Virus record (IMG/VR): IMGVR_UViG_3300037692_000028
Location: 1 to 32,003 of that record
DNA length: 32,003 bases
Direction: 5' to 3' (one strand)
Source: a virus
Taxonomy: Duplodnaviria; Caudoviricetes
The notes under the pieces were generated by a model. The model was not told the DNA's origin. It saw only the letters and a list, made by a program, of their open reading frames with translations, and searched no databases. A program made the position numbers and the translations under genes. Positions within the stretch are counted from its first letter, which is position 1. Every line of letters starts with the position of its first letter. Positions 16,140-24,378 of this stretch are shown in pieces.

Positions 16140-17660
16140 TTAGCTGAATGCGTTGACGTTGATGGCGATGGAATGGATAGCGCCGGCCAGGTTCGCATTA
16201 ATCACGAACGGCGGCCCGATGCGGTCGGTACGGTCAGCCACGGTCATCAGCTCAATTGGGGTCGGGATGATGTCGTACGGCGGGTCGATGCGGAAACCAT
16301 CCACGGCGGTCAGGTCGAGTACCCGGCGATCAGACAGCGTGCCGTTGAAGACGTATCGCTCGCATACCTGTTGCAGGCCTTCCTGTAGCAGAGCCTGGCC
16401 GGTGGTGCTGTAAGGCACCTTGCCGTTGCGCAGGAACACGTTGTATTCGGCGACCTGCAGCTCTTCCACGAAGTTGTCCAGGTTGGTCACGTCATCCATG
16501 AACCACGCGACATTGCCGGTGGTGCCTTCGCGATGCACGCGGGCGGTGTTGCCGGTCAGGGTGAATGTGTTGTAGCCCTTGCCTTCCAGAACGCTCCACT
16601 GGGTCTCGGTGAGGCCGACTGTCGGAATACCCACAAGGTCTTTGAACTTCGCGGTAAGCGTGCTGTTGCGCTGCGCATAGTTCACGCTGAGCATGATCGC
16701 CAGCAGGGCCATGTCGGGATAGTAGGCGGCCTGATCATGGTAGAACGGCCAGGCGCGGAACAGGCCGAGCGTGACGATTTCCGGCGCGAGGTCGGTCGTG
16801 CTGTTTGGATCCCAAGCCAGCGGACTGTTGCTCACCAGCGGCATCACGGCAACGCGAGCTTGTGCCCACTGGCCGGCCAGCACTTGGTCTGCCGAATCGC
16901 GGTACACAGCGTCGAGCGCCCAGCCGTAGACGAACGAGCCGCCACAGCGAGCCGCCTCGGCGATCAGGCCGAGTTCCGATACCAGATCGCCCGGAGTGTA
17001 GCCAGGCTGAGAAACGCCGGTCCCGGTCTGGCCATTCAGGAAGCCGAGGCCGCTGATGTCGGTGCCGGATGCCGGCGACACGGTGTCGAGGAACGATACG
17101 GTAGAGCCATCGCCCGCGGTGCCGGAGGAAATCTTGATCTGCGTGCCGCTGATGACGGCGGTCGCGGCGGTGAAGCCACCAGTCGCCACAGCCTGCAGAG
17201 CGGTCTGGATGCGGGAGGCCACTTGCGCAAGCGTGGTATCAAGCGAGAAGTCGAGCGCGGTGATGTCCTCGCTAACCCCGTCGATTGCCACGGCGAACGA
17301 TCCATCCGTCACGGCCTGGAACGCAGCCAGGGTGCCGATAGCGCCAGTCAGCAGGTAGCCGGTCTGAGGCGTGGTGAACACCTGGCCGATAGCCATGCGG
17401 GCGGCACGGCGCGGCTGGGCGAAGAAGTCACGCGCGGCCAACAGGCCCTGAGCGGTAACGTTCGCGTCATCCTGCACCGCGGCGAAGGTCGAGTAGAAGG
17501 CGATGCGCCCGGCGCCGAAGTCGAAGCCGCCGCCAGCCTGGGCGAACACCGGCACCGACAGATCGGTTGTGGTTTCCGCGGACGGGCGAGTGACAGTCAC
17601 CTGCACATCGAGCGAGCGCGGCAGCGAGTTGTTGCCGCAGTTGATCACGTTGACGGCCAT
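16140..17660 (-). CDS. Contractile tail sheath protein (DUF3383-like)
   Basis: FFAQPRR, TLTAKFKDLVG, KGYNTF, KVPYSTTG, LAGAIHSIAI motifs. Confidence 0.92.
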   Translation of the reverse strand: MAVNVINCGNNSLPRSLDVQVTVTRPSAETTTDLSVPVFAQAGGGFDFGAGRIAFYSTFAAVQDDANVTAQGLLAARDFFAQPRRAARMAIGQVFTTPQTGYLLTGAIGTLAAFQAVTDGSFAVAIDGVSEDITALDFSLDTTLAQVASRIQTALQAVATGGFTAATAVISGTQIKISSGTAGDGSTVSFLDTVSPASGTDISGLGFLNGQTGTGVSQPGYTPGDLVSELGLIAEAARCGGSFVYGWALDAVYRDSADQVLAGQWAQARVAVMPLVSNSPLAWDPNSTTDLAPEIVTLGLFRAWPFYHDQAAYYPDMALLAIMLSVNYAQRNSTLTAKFKDLVGIPTVGLTETQWSVLEGKGYNTFTLTGNTARVHREGTTGNVAWFMDDVTNLDNFVEELQVAEYNVFLRNGKVPYSTTGQALLQEGLQQVCERYVFNGTLSDRRVLDLTAVDGFRIDPPYDIIPTPIELMTVADRTDRIGPPFVINANLAGAIHSIAINVNAFS

Positions 17661-18182
17661 TTAGTGGCACTCCCCTTTGGTCATACAGTACGTTTCATCG
17701 AACTCTTTTAGCGGTTCAATCACTTGCACGCAAATAGTTTCAATCAGTTCAACCGGCGCGGTGAGTTCGAGCGCGGTAAACAGCGACAATCGAACCTCTA
17801 CCCGCTGGCGGTACGTGCCGACCTCAAGGGCCGACAGGTCCTGCATCGGGCCAACCCCGGACAGGCCGCACAGCTTGTAAAGATCCGCCGTGCGCTGGGA
17901 CTGCCTCAGCGACAGGCAAAATCTTACCATGTCCGTCATCGCCGCGCCGCCCACGATGTTGATCACGAATTCAAGCGGCGTGTTGCTGGCGATGACAACT
18001 TGATCGGTGCCGTCCAATTCCGTGCGCGTGAAGTCGTCCAGGCTGATGCGGTCGAGCCGCCACATAGCGTAAGGCGTCGATGGTGCGCCAGCCTCACCTA
18101 TGCGGCCCTGCACAATCGTCCGGCCGCCCAGCGCGACCAGAAGAGCCGCGACGGCGTTCTCTACCTGCACCAGCGTGGCCAT
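17661..18182 (-). CDS. Neck/tail terminator protein
   Basis: Start reassigned to ATG 18182 (TAATG overlap, SD GGAG); position just before sheath. Confidence 0.7.
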   Translation of the reverse strand: MATLVQVENAVAALLVALGGRTIVQGRIGEAGAPSTPYAMWRLDRISLDDFTRTELDGTDQVVIASNTPLEFVINIVGGAAMTDMVRFCLSLRQSQRTADLYKLCGLSGVGPMQDLSALEVGTYRQRVEVRLSLFTALELTAPVELIETICVQVIEPLKEFDETYCMTKGECH

Positions 18183-18574
18183 TAAACAATGCTCCCGTCG
18201 ACGTTGACATAACGGGTCAGCAGGTAACGACCGATCACGGCATGGGGCTGCCAATTCTGAATGCCCCACACCTTCCAGATGTCGCCATTGTGCCGGATGT
18301 AGGATTGCACGCCAGTGGTCGAGCCGTTGGCGTTCGTGGCCTCTGACAGCACGGTGCGGGTATGCATCACCAGGGTTCCGTCTGCCTGCGCGCCTTCCGG
18401 CAGCAGGGCGACCAGCTTGTCGCTTGCCGGCTGCACGTTGGCGTCGGTGATGTTGTAGTCGGCACCCTGGACGATGACCGGGCGCCCGGATGCGTCACGA
18501 CTATGTGTCACGTTGAACGCGACGACAGTGTGCGACAGCAGGTTGTGCGTGACGTGCAGGGGGAGGATGAGCAT
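18182..18574 (-). CDS. Head closure/head-tail joining protein
   Basis: NVQPAS...LLPEG...IRHNGDIWKV...NW; neck position. Confidence 0.7.
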   Translation of the reverse strand: MLILPLHVTHNLLSHTVVAFNVTHSRDASGRPVIVQGADYNITDANVQPASDKLVALLPEGAQADGTLVMHTRTVLSEATNANGSTTGVQSYIRHNGDIWKVWGIQNWQPHAVIGRYLLTRYVNVDGSIV

Positions 18575-19042
18575 TTATGCCTTCCTCACAACATGGGTCA
18601 AGCTGTTTCGTAACAGGCCTGTATCGATGAGCGGGGTCGAGCTGCCTTTCTCCTGAACCGTGAACTCGCTGTTCGGCTCCCACGGCCCGGCCGTCAACTT
18701 CTCCTTGAATGCGGCCTCAGCAAACGGACCCATGTCCTTGAGGATGTCCTCGACAGTGGCCCGGCCTGCGTTCAGCGCCGGGATCAGCGCGGCAGCAATC
18801 GGCGCGGTCGCCTCAAGTGCCGGCTCGGCGCCTTCGACCATGAATGGCCTTGGCGGTATGCCGCGCGATGCGCTGCCGAAGTTATTCACCGCGGCGACCA
18901 AAATAACGGACGTGCCGTCAGGATATCGGAGCGAGCCAGTTTCAGACGCCGGGTAGCCGACAGCCAAGACCGAGCCGGAGTTGTACCGCTTCAGCAGCTT
19001 TGCCAGCCATCCTGGGTTCTTCTGCCGGATTTCGACGCTCAT
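18575..19042 (-). CDS. Neck/tail completion protein (HK97 gp10-like)
   Basis: NNFG...IPPRPFM, PNSEFTVQEKGSSTPLIDTGLLRNSL; start ATG 19042 with SD GAAGGA. Confidence 0.85.
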   Translation of the reverse strand: MSVEIRQKNPGWLAKLLKRYNSGSVLAVGYPASETGSLRYPDGTSVILVAAVNNFGSASRGIPPRPFMVEGAEPALEATAPIAAALIPALNAGRATVEDILKDMGPFAEAAFKEKLTAGPWEPNSEFTVQEKGSSTPLIDTGLLRNSLTHVVRKA

Positions 19043-19140
19043 TGTCCGGCATCCTTCGTGAAGTACCATGTGATCGCCACGAGCGCGAAGGATGCCGCAA
19101 GCATGCATGCTTGCGCGTATTCGGCGTGATCGGGAGTCAC
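19039..19140 (-). CDS. 33-aa putative membrane peptide
   Basis: MTPDHAEYAQACMLAASFALVAITWYFTKDAGQ; GTGA overlap upstream and ATGA overlap downstream fill the gap exactly. Confidence 0.55.
   Translation of the reverse strand: MTPDHAEYAQACMLAASFALVAITWYFTKDAGQ
19047..19115. repeat. 12-bp inverted repeat (19047-19058/19086-19097) plus perfect 20-bp palindrome (19096-19115)
   Basis: CGGCATCCTTCG...CGAAGGATGCCG and CGCAAGCATGCATGCTTGCG read directly. Confidence 0.9.
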
Positions 19141-19517
19141 CAGCTCAACCGCCCGCGTTCCAGGCACTCGCGCTGGAGTGCCAGGTACGCTTGACCGTAG
19201 GGGGTTTGAGATAGCCATTCCTGGGTGAAGGTCTTGGGCGTGCTGCTGGACTCAAAGGCAAAGCTGATGCCTTCTTCTGAGCCCGACTGCAGCTTGCCGG
19301 TTTGCGGAACTACGCCGCCAACAGCAGAGGCCGCACGCGCCTGCGCAAGAGCCAGTTCGTGCGCAGCATAGTTGAGAGCGGCCTTAGCCCAGCACCGCCC
19401 CCACGCGCCTTGTGAGAGGTGATCCAGCGCGTCATCGAGGTACAGGTTCACGGTCGCGTCAACGATAGACGCGAACTCAGGGAACAGCGCCCGGAAGGTG
19501 GCCAGATCAGGGGTCAT
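19137..19517 (-). CDS. Head-tail adaptor (DUF4054-like)
   Basis: FRALFPEF...YAAHEL...WLSQTPYGQAYL signature. Confidence 0.9.
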   Translation of the reverse strand: MTPDLATFRALFPEFASIVDATVNLYLDDALDHLSQGAWGRCWAKAALNYAAHELALAQARAASAVGGVVPQTGKLQSGSEEGISFAFESSSTPKTFTQEWLSQTPYGQAYLALQRECLERGRLSW

Positions 19518-19520
19518 TGA

Positions 19521-19916
19521 TTAGCCTTCCTTGCGCGGACGGCCAGGGCCTCGGCCTTCTTTCGGGGCGTCGTCCTTGAGTGCAACCTCAACCATCTCGG
19601 TTTTGGTCGTCAGCTTCACGCGGTCGTCTTGATCGGTCAGTTCTTCTGGCGCGACAGGCGGCTTCGGGTTGGCCAGTTCGTCGACATCCACAGCACTGAC
19701 CTTGCCCATGGTGGTAACAACCAAGTGACGGCCGGTCAACAGGGCTTCAATAACGCGGTTGCCCTTCTTGACGGCGTCCCAGTGCTCAGCCTTGACCATG
19801 GCCACGTCGCCAGGGTTGATGGTGACCGGCTTGTGAGTCTCCGGGGCACCCAAAATTGTTGCGTGCACTGGCGGTACAGTCCATGCGCGCTTCTGACGGT
19901 TTTGAATCGAGTACAT
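19521..19916 (-). CDS. Hypothetical head-associated protein
   Basis: ATG 19916 with SD AAGGAG; after capsid; basic tail GRGPGRPRK. Confidence 0.75.
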   Translation of the reverse strand: MYSIQNRQKRAWTVPPVHATILGAPETHKPVTINPGDVAMVKAEHWDAVKKGNRVIEALLTGRHLVVTTMGKVSAVDVDELANPKPPVAPEELTDQDDRVKLTTKTEMVEVALKDDAPKEGRGPGRPRKEG

Positions 19917-19935
19917 GCGTTGCTCCTTCTGCGGA

Positions 19936-19966
19936 TAAGAACAGCGGGGCACTTGGCCCCGCTATC
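19936..19966 (-). terminator. Intrinsic terminator-like hairpin after the major capsid gene
   Basis: AGCGGGGC-caagt-GCCCCGCT followed by GTTCTT on the minus strand. Confidence 0.65.
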
Positions 19967-19974
19967 AGTGACGA

Positions 19975-21009
19975 TCAGATGCCGTCGATGAACTGCGCGC
20001 TGGTCGGGTACGGCTTATGGTACGAGCCGAACTTCCAGTGTGCAAACAGATCGGTGGCGAACTGACGATCCTGCGGCGCGAGCATTTCGAACGCGCGAGA
20101 CATCGGCATGTAGTTGGTTTCGCCGTCAGCCTGCGAAACGATCATGCGATCAGTCACGCCTGCGCCGGCATCTTCCAGATAACGCAGACCGCGAACGTCC
20201 AGTTCACGACCGGTCATGCTGGTGTACAGGTTGTTTTTCTTGACGTATTCGAGAACGGTGATGTTCTCGCCCGAGGCGCCAGCGGCACCGCCCATGCGCT
20301 GGCTGGCAATCTGCACCAGTTGAGCGAGCGGAATCTCGACACGGCCAGGCAGGAACACGCCTTTGCTGTTGCCGTAGACCAGGCCGATTGCGGTGTTGAT
20401 GTCCTTGACGATTTCATCACCAGTCGCGACAGCCCAGGTGGTGCCGGTCGCTGCCTTGGTGCCGGCAGTGGTGGCAGGAACCAGGGCGTAGTCAATGTAA
20501 CCGGCGAAGTCCAGTTCAGGGAAGCCGAAGAAGAACGTCTCTTCGACTTGGCGTTCGTGGGCTTCACGCATTACAACGCCTAGGTCGGTCAGGAGGTTCA
20601 TGCCCTCGAAGCCGAACGCTACCGACACGATGTCGTCCAGATCTGCGGACGCCATGACAGCGGCCGACTCCATCGGAATGACGACCTTGTTTTGAGTCAC
20701 GCCAACGGTCGGGATGTCCTTGCCGACAGCGGCACGGAACGCGCCCTTGCCGCGACGGTCACGGACACGGTAGCTGGTCAGCTTGGCGCCAGGGTTGATG
20801 CTGGTGTCCAAGCCTTCGCCCAGGGTTTCGGCCCACTTGATGTCGGGCATCTTCACGTCGTAGGCGCGGGCCTGCAACTGTTCGAATATGTCGACGGTGA
20901 AGCCCATGGCGCCGTTCAGGCCGGCAGGGTTGCCCGGCGTGAAGGCGTTCTGGACGCGCGACATGCGCGCGTCGTCCAGCAGTTTCTGTGCATTCAGAAT
21001 GCGGCTCAT
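19975..21009 (-). CDS. Major capsid protein (DUF2184-like, HK97 fold)
   Basis: 344 aa; DIPTV, FFGFPELDFAGY, TGDEIVKDIN, ITVLEYVKKNN, FIDGI end; strongly biased codons. Confidence 0.92.
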   Translation of the reverse strand: MSRILNAQKLLDDARMSRVQNAFTPGNPAGLNGAMGFTVDIFEQLQARAYDVKMPDIKWAETLGEGLDTSINPGAKLTSYRVRDRRGKGAFRAAVGKDIPTVGVTQNKVVIPMESAAVMASADLDDIVSVAFGFEGMNLLTDLGVVMREAHERQVEETFFFGFPELDFAGYIDYALVPATTAGTKAATGTTWAVATGDEIVKDINTAIGLVYGNSKGVFLPGRVEIPLAQLVQIASQRMGGAAGASGENITVLEYVKKNNLYTSMTGRELDVRGLRYLEDAGAGVTDRMIVSQADGETNYMPMSRAFEMLAPQDRQFATDLFAHWKFGSYHKPYPTSAQFIDGI

Positions 21010-21018
21010 GTTGCCCCC

Positions 21019-21552
21019 TTAGAGCTTGATGCGGCCAACGGTGCCAGCGGCTGCGGCCCCGTACCAGGTTGCGCCAGTGATGGCGATCAGCCCGGTGTCA
21101 GCAGCATTCGAGAACGCGCCTACCGGAATGGTTGCATGGCTCACGGACATATAGACCGGGTCATCATGCACGACGGTGATACCTGCCGGCACGACTGCGC
21201 CGACGATTGCGCCAGATCCCAGCTCAGCAACCGGGATCATGGTTTCGGCGCGGATGGTTACCGCGTCGTTGGTGGCGTTCGAGCTGGACGACTGAGTGAG
21301 GATCGCGATACCCGCGAAGTCAGCCAGGACGGAGCCAGCAAGCACGGTCTTGACGCCGTACGGGGTTAGGATCGGATCGTTCTGGGCGTTGGCGGTGCCC
21401 TGCACAACACCGCGGCCAAAGACAATAACATCCTCGGTGCGGAAGCTGCGGACGGCCTTGGCCAGGGCGACGGATCCGTATTCCGACAACTGGCCGGCAT
21501 ACAGCGCGCCGAACGTGTCGTAAACGGTGGTCTGAACTGCGGTAAGAGTCAT
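21019..21552 (-). CDS. Head decoration/cement protein
   Basis: IVFGRGVV...FAGIA...DDPVY; between protease and capsid; SD AAGGAG. Confidence 0.8.
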   Translation of the reverse strand: MTLTAVQTTVYDTFGALYAGQLSEYGSVALAKAVRSFRTEDVIVFGRGVVQGTANAQNDPILTPYGVKTVLAGSVLADFAGIAILTQSSSSNATNDAVTIRAETMIPVAELGSGAIVGAVVPAGITVVHDDPVYMSVSHATIPVGAFSNAADTGLIAITGATWYGAAAAGTVGRIKL

Positions 21553-21564
21553 TTTCGGCGCTCC

Positions 21565-22182
21565 TTATTTACGGCCGTACAGGTGCTTAGCACGCTGGGC
21601 GTTGTCGGAAAGGTCAACCTTCTGAGGGTCGCCCTTGTCGTTCTGGATGGTCACGACATTGGCGCCGGTAACCACTGGCTTTTGCACGGCGCCCAGCTCG
21701 GCGATGGTCGAGTACATGCCCCGAACAAACGCTTCGTCCTTGACTTGATCGGCGCTGAGAGCGGTCTTGCCGTTCTTCACGCGAACCGAGTTGACGACCT
21801 TGGAGCGTAGGGCGTGGCCGCGCAACTTCTTGTCGGCCTCTTCCAGCTTCAGGCCGTTTGAGTTCATGACCTCGGCAGCCTCTTCGCGATCGGAGGTCAT
21901 TTCGGCGGCGGCTTCCTCGACCTGATCGGGGGATAGCGCGGCTTCGAGCTGGTCCTTGTAGGTCTGAATCACGCCTTCCAGCTCGGAGATGCGGGCGTTC
22001 TTGTCGCCGACCTCGGCCTTCAATGCGGTCAGTTCGTCCAGGGCGCCCTGCAGCTCTTCCGGGCTGACGGCGTTCTTGACTTCGGTTTCGGCTGCGGCGT
22101 CGGCCGCCTCCAGTTCCCGTACATCTTCGTTCGCGACCCGGACAACCTGCCCGGTGCGCAACTTCACTCGCGTGAATTCCAT
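21565..22182 (-). CDS. Probable nested scaffold protein from an in-frame internal start
   Basis: AAAGAGGTG-N6-ATG right after the protease domain, same frame. Confidence 0.6.
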   Translation of the reverse strand: MEFTRVKLRTGQVVRVANEDVRELEAADAAAETEVKNAVSPEELQGALDELTALKAEVGDKNARISELEGVIQTYKDQLEAALSPDQVEEAAAEMTSDREEAAEVMNSNGLKLEEADKKLRGHALRSKVVNSVRVKNGKTALSADQVKDEAFVRGMYSTIAELGAVQKPVVTGANVVTIQNDKGDPQKVDLSDNAQRAKHLYGRK

Positions 22183-22758
22183 CTTTGCCACCTCTTTCGT
22201 ATTGATGATGCGGACAGATGCCCCGGCCCTGCCCGCACCAGCCGGCAAGAGCGCTACATGGTTAAACCGTATGTTGGTAAAATACCCATCATACGGCTCA
22301 CCGTGCTCTGTTACACCTTCCTGCCAGACAATACCCCAATCTCCGGCAGAAGATATTTCTGTTAATTTCTCTGCGTCATTGTCGCTCAGCATGATTCGCC
22401 GAACGGCATCGCTGTCAGTGATCAGGATATCAGCAACCAGGTGATCGCCGTCAATGAAAGGCCTTCCTGCTATCGATCCGCATGATCTGACATTCCCCGC
22501 GGACTGCCATATGTGATTTACGGATGCCGGGGCGCCCTCCAGAGAGGTTACGCTATCCTGATTCTCAAGCTCGTCCTGCGAAACGTAAATCCGAATCGTG
22601 TCGCCAAGATGTTCCGGGGGACTTGAGTCAGCAAGCTCGCTTTTGGCGTACACCATCACGCCGGCCTTCAGTATTCCCGCTGTACAACGCAGGAACCCGG
22701 TATCGGGATCGTATCGCCACCGGCTGTTGATAATGCTTGCCCTGTTCGTGATCTGCAT
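21565..22758 (-). CDS. Prohead protease/scaffold (DUF2213-like)
   Basis: TGFL...GVMVY...SLEGAPASVNH...EISSAG...NIRFNHVALLPAGAGRAG, then acidic coiled-coil half. Confidence 0.9.
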   Translation of the reverse strand: MQITNRASIINSRWRYDPDTGFLRCTAGILKAGVMVYAKSELADSSPPEHLGDTIRIYVSQDELENQDSVTSLEGAPASVNHIWQSAGNVRSCGSIAGRPFIDGDHLVADILITDSDAVRRIMLSDNDAEKLTEISSAGDWGIVWQEGVTEHGEPYDGYFTNIRFNHVALLPAGAGRAGASVRIINTKEVAKMEFTRVKLRTGQVVRVANEDVRELEAADAAAETEVKNAVSPEELQGALDELTALKAEVGDKNARISELEGVIQTYKDQLEAALSPDQVEEAAAEMTSDREEAAEVMNSNGLKLEEADKKLRGHALRSKVVNSVRVKNGKTALSADQVKDEAFVRGMYSTIAELGAVQKPVVTGANVVTIQNDKGDPQKVDLSDNAQRAKHLYGRK

Positions 22759-22788
22759 TTGTCAGCGCCTAAGCCATAACATGGCAGG

Positions 22789-22817
22789 ATTGTACACCAC
22801 AAAAAATCCACTATCCA
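22789..22817 (-). promoter_or_regulatory. Possible internal promoter for head genes
   Basis: TGGATA-N17-TACAAT upstream of the protease start. Confidence 0.35.
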
Positions 22818-23323
22818 TTGACAGACCATGCCATCAATGACTCAAACAATTCCTCGCCAAGCACATCCCTGTATTCAACTGCCATTTTCTTTACGTGCTC
22901 TTCCTTGCTCGTTACGTATGCGGCGTGAGCCTCTTCTGGCGTCCTGTACGTGCCAAGGTGTACCAGTCTGCCTTTCACCCTAAGCTGAGCCTTGAATGCC
23001 TTGCCGTTTTCGCTTACTCCGGCCGGGAATACTCCTGATTTGCTTTTGTTGACTATGATCAGCTTGTTTATTTTGTGCGGGACAAAAGAGCAGGCTTCCG
23101 GCCTGTAAATCCTATTGCCGCTGATCTTTATGTCCTTGTCCATGTTGTACCCTGGCTCGCCTGGACAATTTTTTTCGTGCCACTCCGCAAAGCATTGGAA
23201 GTCCATCCATTCATCGCAAACAGAGCAATCCGCATAGGCAGCATTATCCGCGCAACGTCTAAGCATGTCTCTCCAGGCCTGATATGCCGGGGTCTTTTGC
23301 TTTCCGATGTACGCCTTATGCAT
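22811..23323 (-). CDS. HNH-like/AP2-domain homing-endonuclease-like protein
   Basis: YQAWRDMLRRC...CSVCDEW...MDKDI...GNRIYRPEACSFVP-IN plus AP2-like GVS...FKAQL...HLGTYRTPEEAHAAY; lower GC; SD GAGGA. Confidence 0.8.
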   Translation of the reverse strand: MHKAYIGKQKTPAYQAWRDMLRRCADNAAYADCSVCDEWMDFQCFAEWHEKNCPGEPGYNMDKDIKISGNRIYRPEACSFVPHKINKLIIVNKSKSGVFPAGVSENGKAFKAQLRVKGRLVHLGTYRTPEEAHAAYVTSKEEHVKKMAVEYRDVLGEELFESLMAWSVNG

Positions 23324-23347
23324 CAATGGAATCCTCTTCGGCCTTGG

Positions 23348-24190
23348 CTAAACATACTGCGCCTTGATCTTTTCCAGATCCAATTGCGGATGCGCCGTGC
23401 ATCTACAGTTATAAGCAGAACCAGGATGCCCGTCGCTCGGCGGCTCAGACCATTTAAACACTTTGCCTTCCCGCACGTAATGGTTTTCATGTCCGCGAGT
23501 GCCTTTAGGATACGTGCCTCCAGGCGTGCCGACCACCCGCTGATCCCGCGCAGTCTTCCAGATGTACGACTCGATCCCGTTATCTTCCTGCCGGATCTGG
23601 TTGAGCGAGCCGGTCAACTTGGCCGTCTGGTCGCGCGCGATGAACTTTGCCCGGTTCTTGCTGATCCCGCCGACCTTCTGCAGGCGCTGGGTAAGCGACA
23701 TGCCATCGGGCAGCGGAACACCGCGGTAGTTGTCCAGCACGGCCTGGCCGACCTCGGCAAAGTGCTGCTGGCTGATCGACGTGATAAGGCCGACATTCCG
23801 GCCCATGGCCAGCTCAAGCTCACCGGCAATGACCGGGCTATCGATGATCGTGGCGAAGTCAACAGACAGGGCTTTGGCAATAGACGCCTCAATCGCGGCT
23901 TTGTTCTGCGCGGCGGCGGCGTCGACGAATGTTTTCGCAGCGCCTGGGGCGTACTGGTTGACTCGCGCCTGGGCCTCTGCTGCCATCTGCGCCAGCGTGC
24001 GGGCCACCTGTTGCCGCTCTGCGCCCGAGGCAATCAGGTTCGACAGGTTGGCAGTCTGCGCTTTCAGGTAGCGCACCTGATCATCAAGCGCGCGTTCGTA
24101 GTTCTTTCGGATCGACCGGGAAGGCCTGGCCGGCGCTATGGTGCGCTCCTGCTTGCGGGCCTTCTTGGCGTCACCGGGGAGGATGATCAT
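23348..24190 (-). CDS. Head morphogenesis protein (Mu gpF/SPP1 gp7-like)
   Basis: RAKFIARDQTAKL, YIWKTARDQRV, HPGSAYNCRCTA. Confidence 0.92.
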   Translation of the reverse strand: MIILPGDAKKARKQERTIAPARPSRSIRKNYERALDDQVRYLKAQTANLSNLIASGAERQQVARTLAQMAAEAQARVNQYAPGAAKTFVDAAAAQNKAAIEASIAKALSVDFATIIDSPVIAGELELAMGRNVGLITSISQQHFAEVGQAVLDNYRGVPLPDGMSLTQRLQKVGGISKNRAKFIARDQTAKLTGSLNQIRQEDNGIESYIWKTARDQRVVGTPGGTYPKGTRGHENHYVREGKVFKWSEPPSDGHPGSAYNCRCTAHPQLDLEKIKAQYV

Positions 24191-24378
24191 CGCCGCCCCT
24201 CATAGATCACCACATCGCCGGTTGGTGTCGTGCGCATTACCCGGCGCCCGTCACGGTAGTACGTCACGCCATACCGATTGCGGAGCTCGTCGGCGATCTG
24301 CTGGACGGTACGGCGTAACCCGCCCATGCCGATGGCTATTGCCTTGGAACGGATTATCTCGCAGCGGACGCAGGTCAT
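24187..24378 (-). CDS. Hypothetical 63-aa basic protein
   Basis: ATGA overlaps at both ends; N-terminal CxxC. Confidence 0.65.
   Translation of the reverse strand: MTCVRCEIIRSKAIAIGMGGLRRTVQQIADELRNRYGVTYYRDGRRVMRTTPTGDVVIYEGRR

Noticed and set aside
16533-17711. 392-aa + strand ORF
   Set aside because: Antisense to the sheath gene; expected from codon bias
23075-24205. 376-aa + strand ORF
   Set aside because: Antisense to gpF and the HNH-like gene; no recognisable features
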